In this document: positions 8,066 to 15,523 of the stretch, piece by piece | How positions within the stretch are numbered: the first letter of the stretch is position 1 | Layout: every line of letters begins with the position of its first letter | Source of the DNA: Candidatus Eiseniibacteriota bacterium | GTDB taxonomy: Bacteria > ARS69 | Reading direction: 5' to 3' | Length of the DNA stretch: 16,512 nt | NCBI GenBank assembly: GCA_052390515.1 | Contig: JBQTGV010000175.1 | Span: forward strand, 1-16,512 | Notes under the pieces: generated by a model | Told to the model about the DNA's origin: nothing | Databases searched by the model: none | What the model saw: only the letters and a program-made list of their open reading frames with translations | Program-made: the position numbers and the translations under genes

Positions 8066-8757
8066 CCGGAACGATGCGGCGTGCGGCGCTGGTCCTCTTC
8101 GGCGCGGGGCTAGCAGCGGCGGCCGGTTGCGGCTCGGAGGACCCCGCGTCCTTCTCGGAGAACGCGCTCCTGCTCCCAGCAACGCTCTTCGAGGCGCTGC
8201 CGCTGGCCACCGACATCGCCCGAGACTGGAACGAGAACGCCTTCGTCACGGGCCTGGGCGGCGGTTACACGGTGATGGATGCGGAGGGACGCGCGCTCAA
8301 CCACTCGTTCGAGTTCCACGGCCGCATCGGGCTGCAGTGGAGGCGAATGACCATCGATCTCATCAACGGGGTGCCGTGGACGTTCGACTCGCCCGTTTCC
8401 GCCCCGCCCCCCGCCTTCCGGACGCTCGACGTGTTCGACTCGGACGCGGCGGTGGCCTTCGCCATCTCGTGGGCCGAGCTGATCAACGCCGACGATCCCG
8501 GGGCGATTCCGGCTGCGCAGTACTTCGCCGCGCGCCTCCTGTCCGACGCCGTCTGGCCGGAGCAGCCCTCGGTGGCGATCCCGCCCGACTCCGTGGCGTG
8601 GCGCGTGGACTTCCTGCAGCTCGACGCGTTCGCCTCCGACGACCCCACACCGGTGTGGTGGTCGCTGGCGCGGATGTACATCGACCCGGACGACGCGAAG
8701 TTCCTGGGCACGCCGGTCGTCCCGGCGAGCGGCAGGGAGCTCTACCCCTTCCCCTGA
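8056..8757 (+). CDS. Hypothetical lipoprotein (227-233 aa)
   Basis: Signal MRRAALVLFGAGLAAAAG-C with an AAGC lipobox. Start is either ATG 8056 (10-nt overlap with the barrel gene) or ATG 8074. Protein-like composition, but no family recognised. Confidence 0.7.
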   Translation: MDLTGTMRRAALVLFGAGLAAAAGCGSEDPASFSENALLLPATLFEALPLATDIARDWNENAFVTGLGGGYTVMDAEGRALNHSFEFHGRIGLQWRRMTIDLINGVPWTFDSPVSAPPPAFRTLDVFDSDAAVAFAISWAELINADDPGAIPAAQYFAARLLSDAVWPEQPSVAIPPDSVAWRVDFLQLDAFASDDPTPVWWSLARMYIDPDDAKFLGTPVVPASGRELYPFP

Positions 8758-8770
8758 GACGCCGCCGCGG

Positions 8771-9568
8771 CTACAGCTGCACCGCGGTCACCGCGCCGCT
8801 CGTCAGATCCAGCTGGTAGTCGATGCCGCTGACCCGGAAGCTCGCCGTGGCGCCGCCCGAGAACGTGATGTCGAAGACCCCGATGCCGTCCCACACGACG
8901 CGCGAGATGCTCCCGTTCGCCGGCCACTGCGCGTGGCTGCCCGGGCTGCCGGAGTAAGACATGCCCACGAACGTGAACGTGACGACGACGTCGCGCATGA
9001 AGTGGCGCATGAAGTTGGTCACGTTCACCGAGGTCACGGCACCGCCACCGTCGCGGACGAAGTCGAACTGGATCGATCCGCTGTGCCAGCTCTGGTTGAG
9101 CTCCGGCGTGGCCGTGTTGCTGGAGGCGATGATGTCCTCGGCGTTGCCGTACGGCAGCAGGCTGTAGCCGTCGCCCGCGGTGATGGGCGAGAGCTCCGCC
9201 TTGCCGAAGTAGGAGCTGCCGTTGGGGTCGGTGCACCCGCCGATGGACAGCTCATGGACGGGCGTCGTCGCGTCGATCGTGGTCAGCCCGATGCATCCTT
9301 CGGTCAGGAAGGAGCGGATGGGCGGCGCGGGGCTCGTGCCGTCGAAGTCGCCCGACACCCCGAGACTGCGGCCGATCATGTCCACGTGGAGCATGGTGAC
9401 CGCGGCGGCGAGCCGCGCCTCCGCGCTGACTTGAAGCGGGGCTCCGCCGTCGTCGTCGTCGTCCACCGGGTCGCCTCCGACACCGGTCAGCTTGGGGTCG
9501 CATCCGGCGAGCACGAACGCCGCGAGAAAGGTGGTGAGCAGCAGGAACGGGACGCGGGCACGGACCAT
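8771..9568 (-). CDS. Hypothetical lipoprotein, beta-rich (265 aa)
   Basis: ATG at 9568 with GGAGGT RBS at 9578-9583. Signal MVRARVPFLLLTTFLAAFVLAG-C with a canonical LAGC lipobox, a DDDDD acidic linker, two further Cys, and a Gly/Ser/Thr-rich beta-like body. Confidence 0.75.
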   Translation of the reverse strand: MVRARVPFLLLTTFLAAFVLAGCDPKLTGVGGDPVDDDDDGGAPLQVSAEARLAAAVTMLHVDMIGRSLGVSGDFDGTSPAPPIRSFLTEGCIGLTTIDATTPVHELSIGGCTDPNGSSYFGKAELSPITAGDGYSLLPYGNAEDIIASSNTATPELNQSWHSGSIQFDFVRDGGGAVTSVNVTNFMRHFMRDVVVTFTFVGMSYSGSPGSHAQWPANGSISRVVWDGIGVFDITFSGGATASFRVSGIDYQLDLTSGAVTAVQL

Positions 9569-9738
9569 GACCGAAGGACCTCCGGGCGAAGGAAAGGGGT
9601 CGCGAGAACGACTGCCCGTCTTATCGGAGGCGGTGTGGGGAGGATTGAGGCGGCGCGGACGGCCCTTGGAGGCCGCCGGGAGCCCGAAAGCGGAGGAACG
9701 GTCAAGATCGGCAAGGAAACGACCGAGTCCGAGGGAGC

Positions 9739-9767
9739 TTGACGCCCCGGGTCCCGCCGCGTTCAAT
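9739..9767 (+). promoter_or_regulatory. Candidate sigma70 promoter for the radical SAM-glycosyltransferase unit
   Basis: TTGACG (9739-9744), a 17-nt spacer, then TTCAAT (9762-9767), about 40 nt upstream of the GTG at 9808. Confidence 0.5.
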
Positions 9768-9807
9768 CGCCGAAATTCGAGGTGAGGGGTGCACTCGGGA
9801 GGGCTTC

Positions 9808-11019
9808 GTGGCGACGATCACGCGTGAGGAAACGACCAGGGAGGCCGGGCGGAAGAACAGCCGGATTCCGGCGCGGCATCTGTCCACCGTGCTGCTACGC
9901 ACGCCGGACGTGTTCTGGCGGATTCTCCGGGCCGAGGCGACGAAGCACGTCCTCGCCCCCTACGATCGCCGCCGGCTGGACGGCCAGAGCCGCCGGCTCG
10001 AGCAGGTCAGCCTCAAGATCGTGAACTCGTGCAACCTGCGCTGCAAGACCTGCGGGCAGTGGGGCGAAACGGGTTACAACCACGCGAAGTCCGACGCCGA
10101 GATCCGCGAGATCGTCCCCTACGAGACCTACCGGGCGATGGTCGACGAGATCGCCCACCTGCGGCCCTTCTACTACATCTGGGGCGGCGAGCCGTACCTC
10201 TACCCCGACATCGTGCCGCTCATGGAGCACATGAAGCGACGCAAGAGCCTGGTCGGGATCGTCACCAACGGGACCATGATGGCGAAGACGGCCGACCGCT
10301 TGGTCCGCGCCGGCGTGGACATGCTCATGCTGTCGGTGGACGGCGTGGGTGCGGTGCACAACGAGATCCGCCAGGAGCCGCGCGCCTGGGAGATGATGAT
10401 GGAGGGGCTGGACGCGGTGATGGCCGAGAAGAAGCGGCAGAACTCGCCACGGCCCTACGTCAACGTGCTGGCCACGATCTCCCGCGACAACGTCGGGCAC
10501 CTCGAGGACATCGCCGACTGGGGGGCGGAGCGCGGCATCGACCTGCTCACCTACTACTACTCCTGGTTCACGAACGACGAGAACGGCCATCGCCACGAGC
10601 AGGTGATGCAGGAGCGCTTCGGGGTCACGCCGGAGTCCTGGAAGGGCTATCTCTTCTTCAAGGGCCTCGACACCGAGGGGCTGCAGGAAGAAGTCCGATC
10701 GATCCGCGAGCGCCGCTGGCCGTTCCCGCTGCTCTTCATCCCGGATCTCGATCTCGGCCAGATCCCGGAGTACTACCGGGATCCCTCGGCGCTGTTCGGC
10801 TACGGAAAGTGCATCCAGCCGTGGGTCGTGACCGAGATCATGCCGAACGGGAACGTGGCGACCTGCCGCGACTACCCGGACTACGTGTGCGGGAACATCC
10901 AGAAGGACCGCCTGCTGGACATCTGGAACAACGACAAGTATCGGAAATTCCGGATCAGCCTGCGGGACGACGGCCTCCTTCCGATCTGCTCGCGCTGCTG
11001 CGGGCTGATGGGCTGGTAG
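9808..11019 (+). CDS. Radical SAM protein with C-terminal SPASM/Twitch auxiliary Fe-S domain (about 403 aa)
   Basis: CNLRCKTC (CxxxCxxC), WGGEP, VTNG and LSVDG motifs. C-terminal CIQPW...GNVATC...CGNI...IWN...CSRCC. GGAGG RBS 5 nt before the GTG at 9808; the track start at 9739 coincides with the predicted -35 box. Confidence 0.9.
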   Translation: MATITREETTREAGRKNSRIPARHLSTVLLRTPDVFWRILRAEATKHVLAPYDRRRLDGQSRRLEQVSLKIVNSCNLRCKTCGQWGETGYNHAKSDAEIREIVPYETYRAMVDEIAHLRPFYYIWGGEPYLYPDIVPLMEHMKRRKSLVGIVTNGTMMAKTADRLVRAGVDMLMLSVDGVGAVHNEIRQEPRAWEMMMEGLDAVMAEKKRQNSPRPYVNVLATISRDNVGHLEDIADWGAERGIDLLTYYYSWFTNDENGHRHEQVMQERFGVTPESWKGYLFFKGLDTEGLQEEVRSIRERRWPFPLLFIPDLDLGQIPEYYRDPSALFGYGKCIQPWVVTEIMPNGNVATCRDYPDYVCGNIQKDRLLDIWNNDKYRKFRISLRDDGLLPICSRCCGLMGW

Positions 11020-11047
11020 CGGTCGCCCGGCTCCACCCGGAGCACGA

Positions 11048-12334
11048 ATGGACACGACCGGCATCCTGACCTGGAGCGTGGCCCTGACGACGCTCGGCCT
11101 GAACGCCGGGCTCTGGTTCGTCGCCATCCAGAGCTTCCGCTCGTGGACCGCGTGGCGCAGGCGGCGCCCGGAGCCGCTGCGCTGGCCGGCCGCACATGTC
11201 TTCGTCTGCCTGAAGGGCCATTTGCCGGACATCCACCAGACCGCCCTGGCGCTGGACTCGCAGGATTACCCCGGCGACTTCCGCGTCACCTTCGTCACCG
11301 AGGGATCGAGCGCCGGCGGCGACGAGGCCGCGACCGCTCTCCAGCGGGTCCTCCCCGACACGAGCCACTCGGACCACGTCGTCGCCGGCCGCGTGGTGGA
11401 CGCCGACGTGCGCTGCGCCCAGAAGAACTTCAACCTGCTCGCCGGAATCCGGCACGCCGAGGCCAGCCGCGCCGGAATCGAGGTCTACGCGTTCTGCGAC
11501 GGTGACCTGCTGCCCCAGCCGCGCTGGCTCCGCGAGATGGTCCGTCCCATCGCCTCTCACGACAGCGACGCGACCACGAGCCTGCACTACGCCATCGCCG
11601 CGGATCGGCAGCTCCTGGGAGCGCTGCACGGGCTCGTCGAGACCTTGCAGTCCTGGGCCGCACTCGTCTGCCGCGGAGCCACGTGGGGCGGTTCCACCGC
11701 CATCCGCGCCACCGTCTTCTCCAGCCTCGACCTCGCCGCCGTCTGGAGCCGCACCTGCGTCGACGACCTGTCCATGAGCCGGGCTCTGCGCCAGTCGCGG
11801 CTGCGCGTCGTGCCGGTGCCGCAATTCCTGGTGAGCTCCCGTTCCGAGATCGGCAGTTTCGGCGGCTTCGTGCGTTGGCTCGGCCGGCAGTTCTTCTTCG
11901 TGAAGGTGTACCTGCCCTCCCGCTGGCACCTGCTGTGGATGAAGTTCACGCTCGACGTGATCGCCATCTGGTTCGCCGCGTTCCACATCTCGCACCGCAC
12001 GATCCGGGGCGAGTGGGCCTCGGGGCTTCCCGCCGGCGTGGCTGCGGTGCTCGCCGCCGCGGTGGTGCTCGGGGCGTTCCAGTTCTTCCGCTACGTCCTG
12101 CCGGAGCGGCCGTCGTTCGGCCACTGGCTGGGTGCCACGTTCCTCGCACACCCCGCCGCGCTGCTGGCCTGCGCGGACGCGACGCTGCGCCGCAAGCGCC
12201 TCGCCTGGCGCGACCTCACCTACGTGCTGGAGCGGGACGGGGACGTCGTCCGCATCACCGGCAACGGGACCGCGAACGGTAACGGGAACGCCCGTGAGAC
12301 GCCAGAGCGCGTCGCGCAGGACGTGGCCGTCTGA
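11048..12334 (+). CDS. Membrane GT-A glycosyltransferase, GT2/GT21 (ceramide glucosyltransferase/HpnI-like) (428 aa)
   Basis: N-terminal TM helix. Motifs VCLKG, QKNFNL, FCDGD (DxD), WGGSTAIR, VDDLS and RWLGRQ (variant of the QxxRW region), then several C-terminal TM helices and WRDLTY. GGAG RBS, 28 nt after the radical SAM stop. Confidence 0.8.
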   Translation: MDTTGILTWSVALTTLGLNAGLWFVAIQSFRSWTAWRRRRPEPLRWPAAHVFVCLKGHLPDIHQTALALDSQDYPGDFRVTFVTEGSSAGGDEAATALQRVLPDTSHSDHVVAGRVVDADVRCAQKNFNLLAGIRHAEASRAGIEVYAFCDGDLLPQPRWLREMVRPIASHDSDATTSLHYAIAADRQLLGALHGLVETLQSWAALVCRGATWGGSTAIRATVFSSLDLAAVWSRTCVDDLSMSRALRQSRLRVVPVPQFLVSSRSEIGSFGGFVRWLGRQFFFVKVYLPSRWHLLWMKFTLDVIAIWFAAFHISHRTIRGEWASGLPAGVAAVLAAAVVLGAFQFFRYVLPERPSFGHWLGATFLAHPAALLACADATLRRKRLAWRDLTYVLERDGDVVRITGNGTANGNGNARETPERVAQDVAV

Positions 12335-12351
12335 CGCGCCTTCGCGTCAGA
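12330..12351. terminator. Perfect 9-bp inverted repeat spanning the convergent GT and corA stop codons
   Basis: TCTGACGCG-CCTT-CGCGTCAGA, which includes both TGA stops. There is no U-tract. Confidence 0.35.
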
Positions 12352-13438
12352 ACCACTTCCGGCTGCGGAAGTACCACAGCATCGCCACGCCGACGAGGGT
12401 CATCACGCCTAGGGCGAAGACGTAGCCGTAGCGCCAGCCCAGCTCCGGCATGTTCCAGGGCGAAGCTCCCCGGTCGAAGTTCATGCCGTAGATCCCCGCG
12501 ATCAGGCTGAGCGGCATGAACACGGTGGTGATGATGGTCAGCACCTTCATCACGTCGTTCAGCCGGTTGCTGGTCAGCGTCAGATACACGTGCAGCACGC
12601 TGGACGAGAGCTCCCGCTGCCACTCCACCAGCTCGATCAGCCGGATGGTGTGGTCGAGCGTGTCGCGAAGGTAGAGCCGCGTGGCGTCGGTGATCTGCGG
12701 CGTCTCCTCCCGCAGGATCTGGGCGATGCACTCCCGCAGCGGGAGCAGCACGCGCCGGATCCCGGTCAGCTCCCGCGTCAGGGAGTGCAGGCGCCCCACC
12801 ACGGAGCGGTCCTCCCGCTCGAGCACCTCGGCCTCGATCGCCTCCAGGCGGTCGCCGAGGTCGTCGAGCAAGGGGAAGTAGGCGTCCACGATCGCGTCCA
12901 GCACCGCGTAGGCGAGATAGTCAGGCCCGGCACCGGCGATGCGCGTGCGCTGCCGGCGGATCCGCTCCCGGACCGGATCGATGCAGTCCCGCCCCGGCAC
13001 TTCCTGGAACGTGACCACGAAGCCTTGCCCCAGGAACATCCCGATCTGCTCGGTGTGGCCGGGGTCGTCCGGAATCGGCATTCGCGTGACGATGAAGAGG
13101 TGCTCGCCGTATTCCTCCACCTTCGGACGTTGCGTCACGTTCAGCACGTCCTCGAGCGCCAGCGGGTGCAGGCCGAAGATCTCGCCGACCTGTTGCACGA
13201 GGGTCGCGTCCCCGAGGCCGCTCACGTCGACCCAGACCACCGCGTGCTCGCTGCGGAGCTCCCGGATCGTCTCGAGGCGGTCGATCCGGCGCTCCACCGT
13301 CTCGCCGACGCCGTAGGCGAGCGCGGTCACCTGGGGAGGCGCCGCCGTCGGGTCGGCCTGCAGCGTCCCCGGAGGCATTCCCGCCGGCGCATGGCGACGA
13401 CGCCGGCGCTTCGCGATCTTCTTCTGGTTCCCGGACAC
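12347..13438 (-). CDS. corA: Magnesium/cobalt transporter CorA (about 363 aa)
   Basis: Motifs GMPPGTL, WVDVSGL, FGLHPLALEDVLN..QRPKVEEY, LNDVMKVLT, the signature YGMNF and MPEL, with two C-terminal TM helices. GTG at 13438 with GAGGGAGG upstream. Confidence 0.95.
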   Translation of the reverse strand: MSGNQKKIAKRRRRRHAPAGMPPGTLQADPTAAPPQVTALAYGVGETVERRIDRLETIRELRSEHAVVWVDVSGLGDATLVQQVGEIFGLHPLALEDVLNVTQRPKVEEYGEHLFIVTRMPIPDDPGHTEQIGMFLGQGFVVTFQEVPGRDCIDPVRERIRRQRTRIAGAGPDYLAYAVLDAIVDAYFPLLDDLGDRLEAIEAEVLEREDRSVVGRLHSLTRELTGIRRVLLPLRECIAQILREETPQITDATRLYLRDTLDHTIRLIELVEWQRELSSSVLHVYLTLTSNRLNDVMKVLTIITTVFMPLSLIAGIYGMNFDRGASPWNMPELGWRYGYVFALGVMTLVGVAMLWYFRSRKWF

Positions 13439-13475
13439 TCCGCCTCCCTCCACAGCGACCCGCCCCGCCGCGCGC

Positions 13476-13481
13476 ATCATA
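13476..13481 (-). promoter_or_regulatory. Candidate -10 box (TATGAT) for corA
   Basis: Minus-strand TATGAT lies 37 nt upstream of the corA GTG in a GC-rich 75-bp divergent spacer. The -35 at 17 nt (TTCCGG) is weak. Confidence 0.35.
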
Positions 13482-13513
13482 GCCGCTGACAGGATGCGCC
13501 GGAACCGGGCATC

Positions 13514-15517
13514 ATGCCCGCCATGGTGGACGAGCACGCCGCGGCGCGGGAAGGCCGGGCGCAGGACGAGCGCTGGGCGCGCTTCGTGGACGAGCTCCGC
13601 GACGGGCGCGCCGCGGGCTTCGACGAGCACTGGACCCGCTTCGGGGAGATCTTCGAAGGACGTCCCGCCGAGGTCGGTCCGCCGATCGCGTGGCGCCCGG
13701 ATTCCTCCGCCGCGCAGCGGTCCCACGTCGGGCGATGGATGGCGGAGCTGGGCATCGACCGCTTCGAGGACTTCCACGCGTGGACCGTGGCGGAGCGCGG
13801 CCGCTTCTGGAAGCGCGTGGTCGACGACCTCGTGGTGCTCGCGCGCCCGTACCGGTCGGTCCTCGACCCCGGCAGCGACGTGCGCGATCCGCAGTGGCTC
13901 CGCGGCGCCGAGCTGAACATCGCCGAGAGCTGCTTCCGCGCGCCGGGCGCGAAGCCGGCGATCCTCTCCGGCGCGGAGGGGCGGCCCGGGCTCACCACGC
14001 TCACCTACGCCGAGCTCGAGGACCAAGTCGGCCGCGTCGCCGCCGGGCTCCTCGCCCGAGGCTTCGTGCCGGGGGATCGCGTCGCCCTGTACCTACCCAT
14101 GACGCCGGAGTGCGTCGTGGCCTACCTCGCCCTCGTCCGCGCCGGGCTCGCCGCCGTGTCCATCGCCGACAGCTTCTCCCCTGCAGAGGTCACGCGGAGG
14201 CTGGAAATCGCCGAGGCGAAGGCGATCGTCACGATCGACTTCGCGGTGCGCGGAGGCAAGATGATCCCGCTGTACGAGAAGGTCCGCGAGGCGAACGCGC
14301 CGCGCGCCGTCGTCATCCGTGGCGGAGAGGCCGCGCCCGACCTTCGCCCCGGGGACCTGCACTGGAGCGACCTGCTGCGCGGGCCGGGCCGGGCGCCCGC
14401 ATCCGTCGGCGATCCGCGCCGCGTCGTGAACGTGCTCTTCTCTTCCGGCACCACCGGGACCCCGAAGGCGATCCCGTGGACGCATCTCACACCGATCAAG
14501 TGCGCCATGGACGGCCGCTTCCATCAGGACGTGCACGAGAGCGACGTGCTGGCCTGGCCCACCAACATCGGCTGGATGATGGGACCGTGGCTGATCTTCG
14601 CCGGGCTCATGAACCGCGCGACGATCGCGCTGTACGACGGCGCACCCAACGGCGAAGGGTTCACGCGCTTCGTCGACGAGGCCAGGGTGTCCGTGCTGGG
14701 CGTCGTGCCCTCCCTGGTGCGCGCGTGGCGCTCGAGCGGCGCGATGCGCGGGCGGCGGTGGCGCTCGGTCCGCGTCTTCTCCTCGACCGGAGAGCCTTCC
14801 AACCGCTCGGACTACCTCTGGCTCATGAGCCGCACGGACTACCGCGCGCCGGTGATCGAGTACCTCGGCGGCACCGAGATCGGCGGCGGACACATCACCG
14901 GCACGGTCGTGCAGCCGGCGTCGCCGGCCACGTTCACCACGCCGGCGCTGGGCATCTCGTTCCACGTGCTCGGCGACGACGGCCGGCCCGTCGAGCGCGG
15001 ACAGGGCGGCGAGCTCTTCCTCGTGCCGCCGGCCATCGGCCTGTCCCAGACGCTGCTCAACGCCGACCACGACCGCGTGTACTTCGCCGGCTGCCCGCGC
15101 GGCCCCGGCGGCGAGATCCTGCGGCGCCACGGCGACCGCTTCGAGCGCCTCGCCGGGGGATGGTGGCGCGCCGAGGGCCGCGTCGACGACACCATGAACC
15201 TGGGCGGCATCAAGGTCGGCTCGCTCGAGCTGGAGCGGGCCCTCGCCGGACACGAGAACGTGGGCGAGTGCGCCGCGGTGGGCGTTCGCCCGGGCGGCGA
15301 GGGCGCCGAGAAGCTCGTCGTGTTCGTCGTTCCGGAGGGCCGCCCCGACGCCGCCGCGCTGCGCACCGAGCTGGACCGGCGCCTCGCGGGCCGGCTCAAC
15401 CCGCTGTTCCGCATCCACGAGGTGGCGTTCGTGGACGCCCTTCCCCGCACCGCCTCGAACAAGCTCATGCGCCGCGAGCTCCGCGCCGCCTGGGAGCGCG
15501 AGCACCCGGGCGGCTGA
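13514..15517 (+). CDS. AMP-forming acyl-CoA synthetase (acetate-CoA ligase-like, resembling the AAE17/AAE18 subgroup) (667 aa)
   Basis: P-loop FSSGTTGTPKAIPW, plus WPTNIGWMMGPW, STGEPSN, EYLGGTEIGG, RRHGD, GRVDDTMNLGGIK and A10 motif PRTASNK. The ACS-like N-terminus includes WLRGAELNIAESC. Confidence 0.88.
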   Translation: MPAMVDEHAAAREGRAQDERWARFVDELRDGRAAGFDEHWTRFGEIFEGRPAEVGPPIAWRPDSSAAQRSHVGRWMAELGIDRFEDFHAWTVAERGRFWKRVVDDLVVLARPYRSVLDPGSDVRDPQWLRGAELNIAESCFRAPGAKPAILSGAEGRPGLTTLTYAELEDQVGRVAAGLLARGFVPGDRVALYLPMTPECVVAYLALVRAGLAAVSIADSFSPAEVTRRLEIAEAKAIVTIDFAVRGGKMIPLYEKVREANAPRAVVIRGGEAAPDLRPGDLHWSDLLRGPGRAPASVGDPRRVVNVLFSSGTTGTPKAIPWTHLTPIKCAMDGRFHQDVHESDVLAWPTNIGWMMGPWLIFAGLMNRATIALYDGAPNGEGFTRFVDEARVSVLGVVPSLVRAWRSSGAMRGRRWRSVRVFSSTGEPSNRSDYLWLMSRTDYRAPVIEYLGGTEIGGGHITGTVVQPASPATFTTPALGISFHVLGDDGRPVERGQGGELFLVPPAIGLSQTLLNADHDRVYFAGCPRGPGGEILRRHGDRFERLAGGWWRAEGRVDDTMNLGGIKVGSLELERALAGHENVGECAAVGVRPGGEGAEKLVVFVVPEGRPDAAALRTELDRRLAGRLNPLFRIHEVAFVDALPRTASNKLMRRELRAAWEREHPGG

Positions 15518-15523
15518 GCGCTC

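Noticed and set aside
9678-9706. Minus-strand TTGACC as a -35 for the lipoprotein gene
   Set aside because: No plausible -10 at 16-18 nt spacing (GCTCCC at 17 nt).
6972-11019. RiPP system with the 53-aa ORF as precursor for the radical SAM/SPASM enzyme
   Set aside because: The peptide is TM-like, on the opposite strand, about 2.7 kb away and coupled to ettA. No peptidase, peptide exporter or recognisable RRE is present, and the enzyme's operon partner is a glycosyltransferase.
13394-13423. Poly-basic KKIAKRRRRR tract at the CorA N-terminus as a Tat or targeting signal
   Set aside because: No hydrophobic region follows, and basic N-termini before the PPGTL motif are common in this CorA subgroup.
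13439-13513. Mg2+-sensing (M-box) riboswitch upstream of corA
   Set aside because: The spacer is only 75 bp, too short, and shows no recognisable aptamer sequence.
13439-14026. N-terminal extension of the corA ORF (559 aa)
   Set aside because: It is antisense to the acyl-CoA synthetase gene. A CorA-typical N-terminus and RBS are at 13438.
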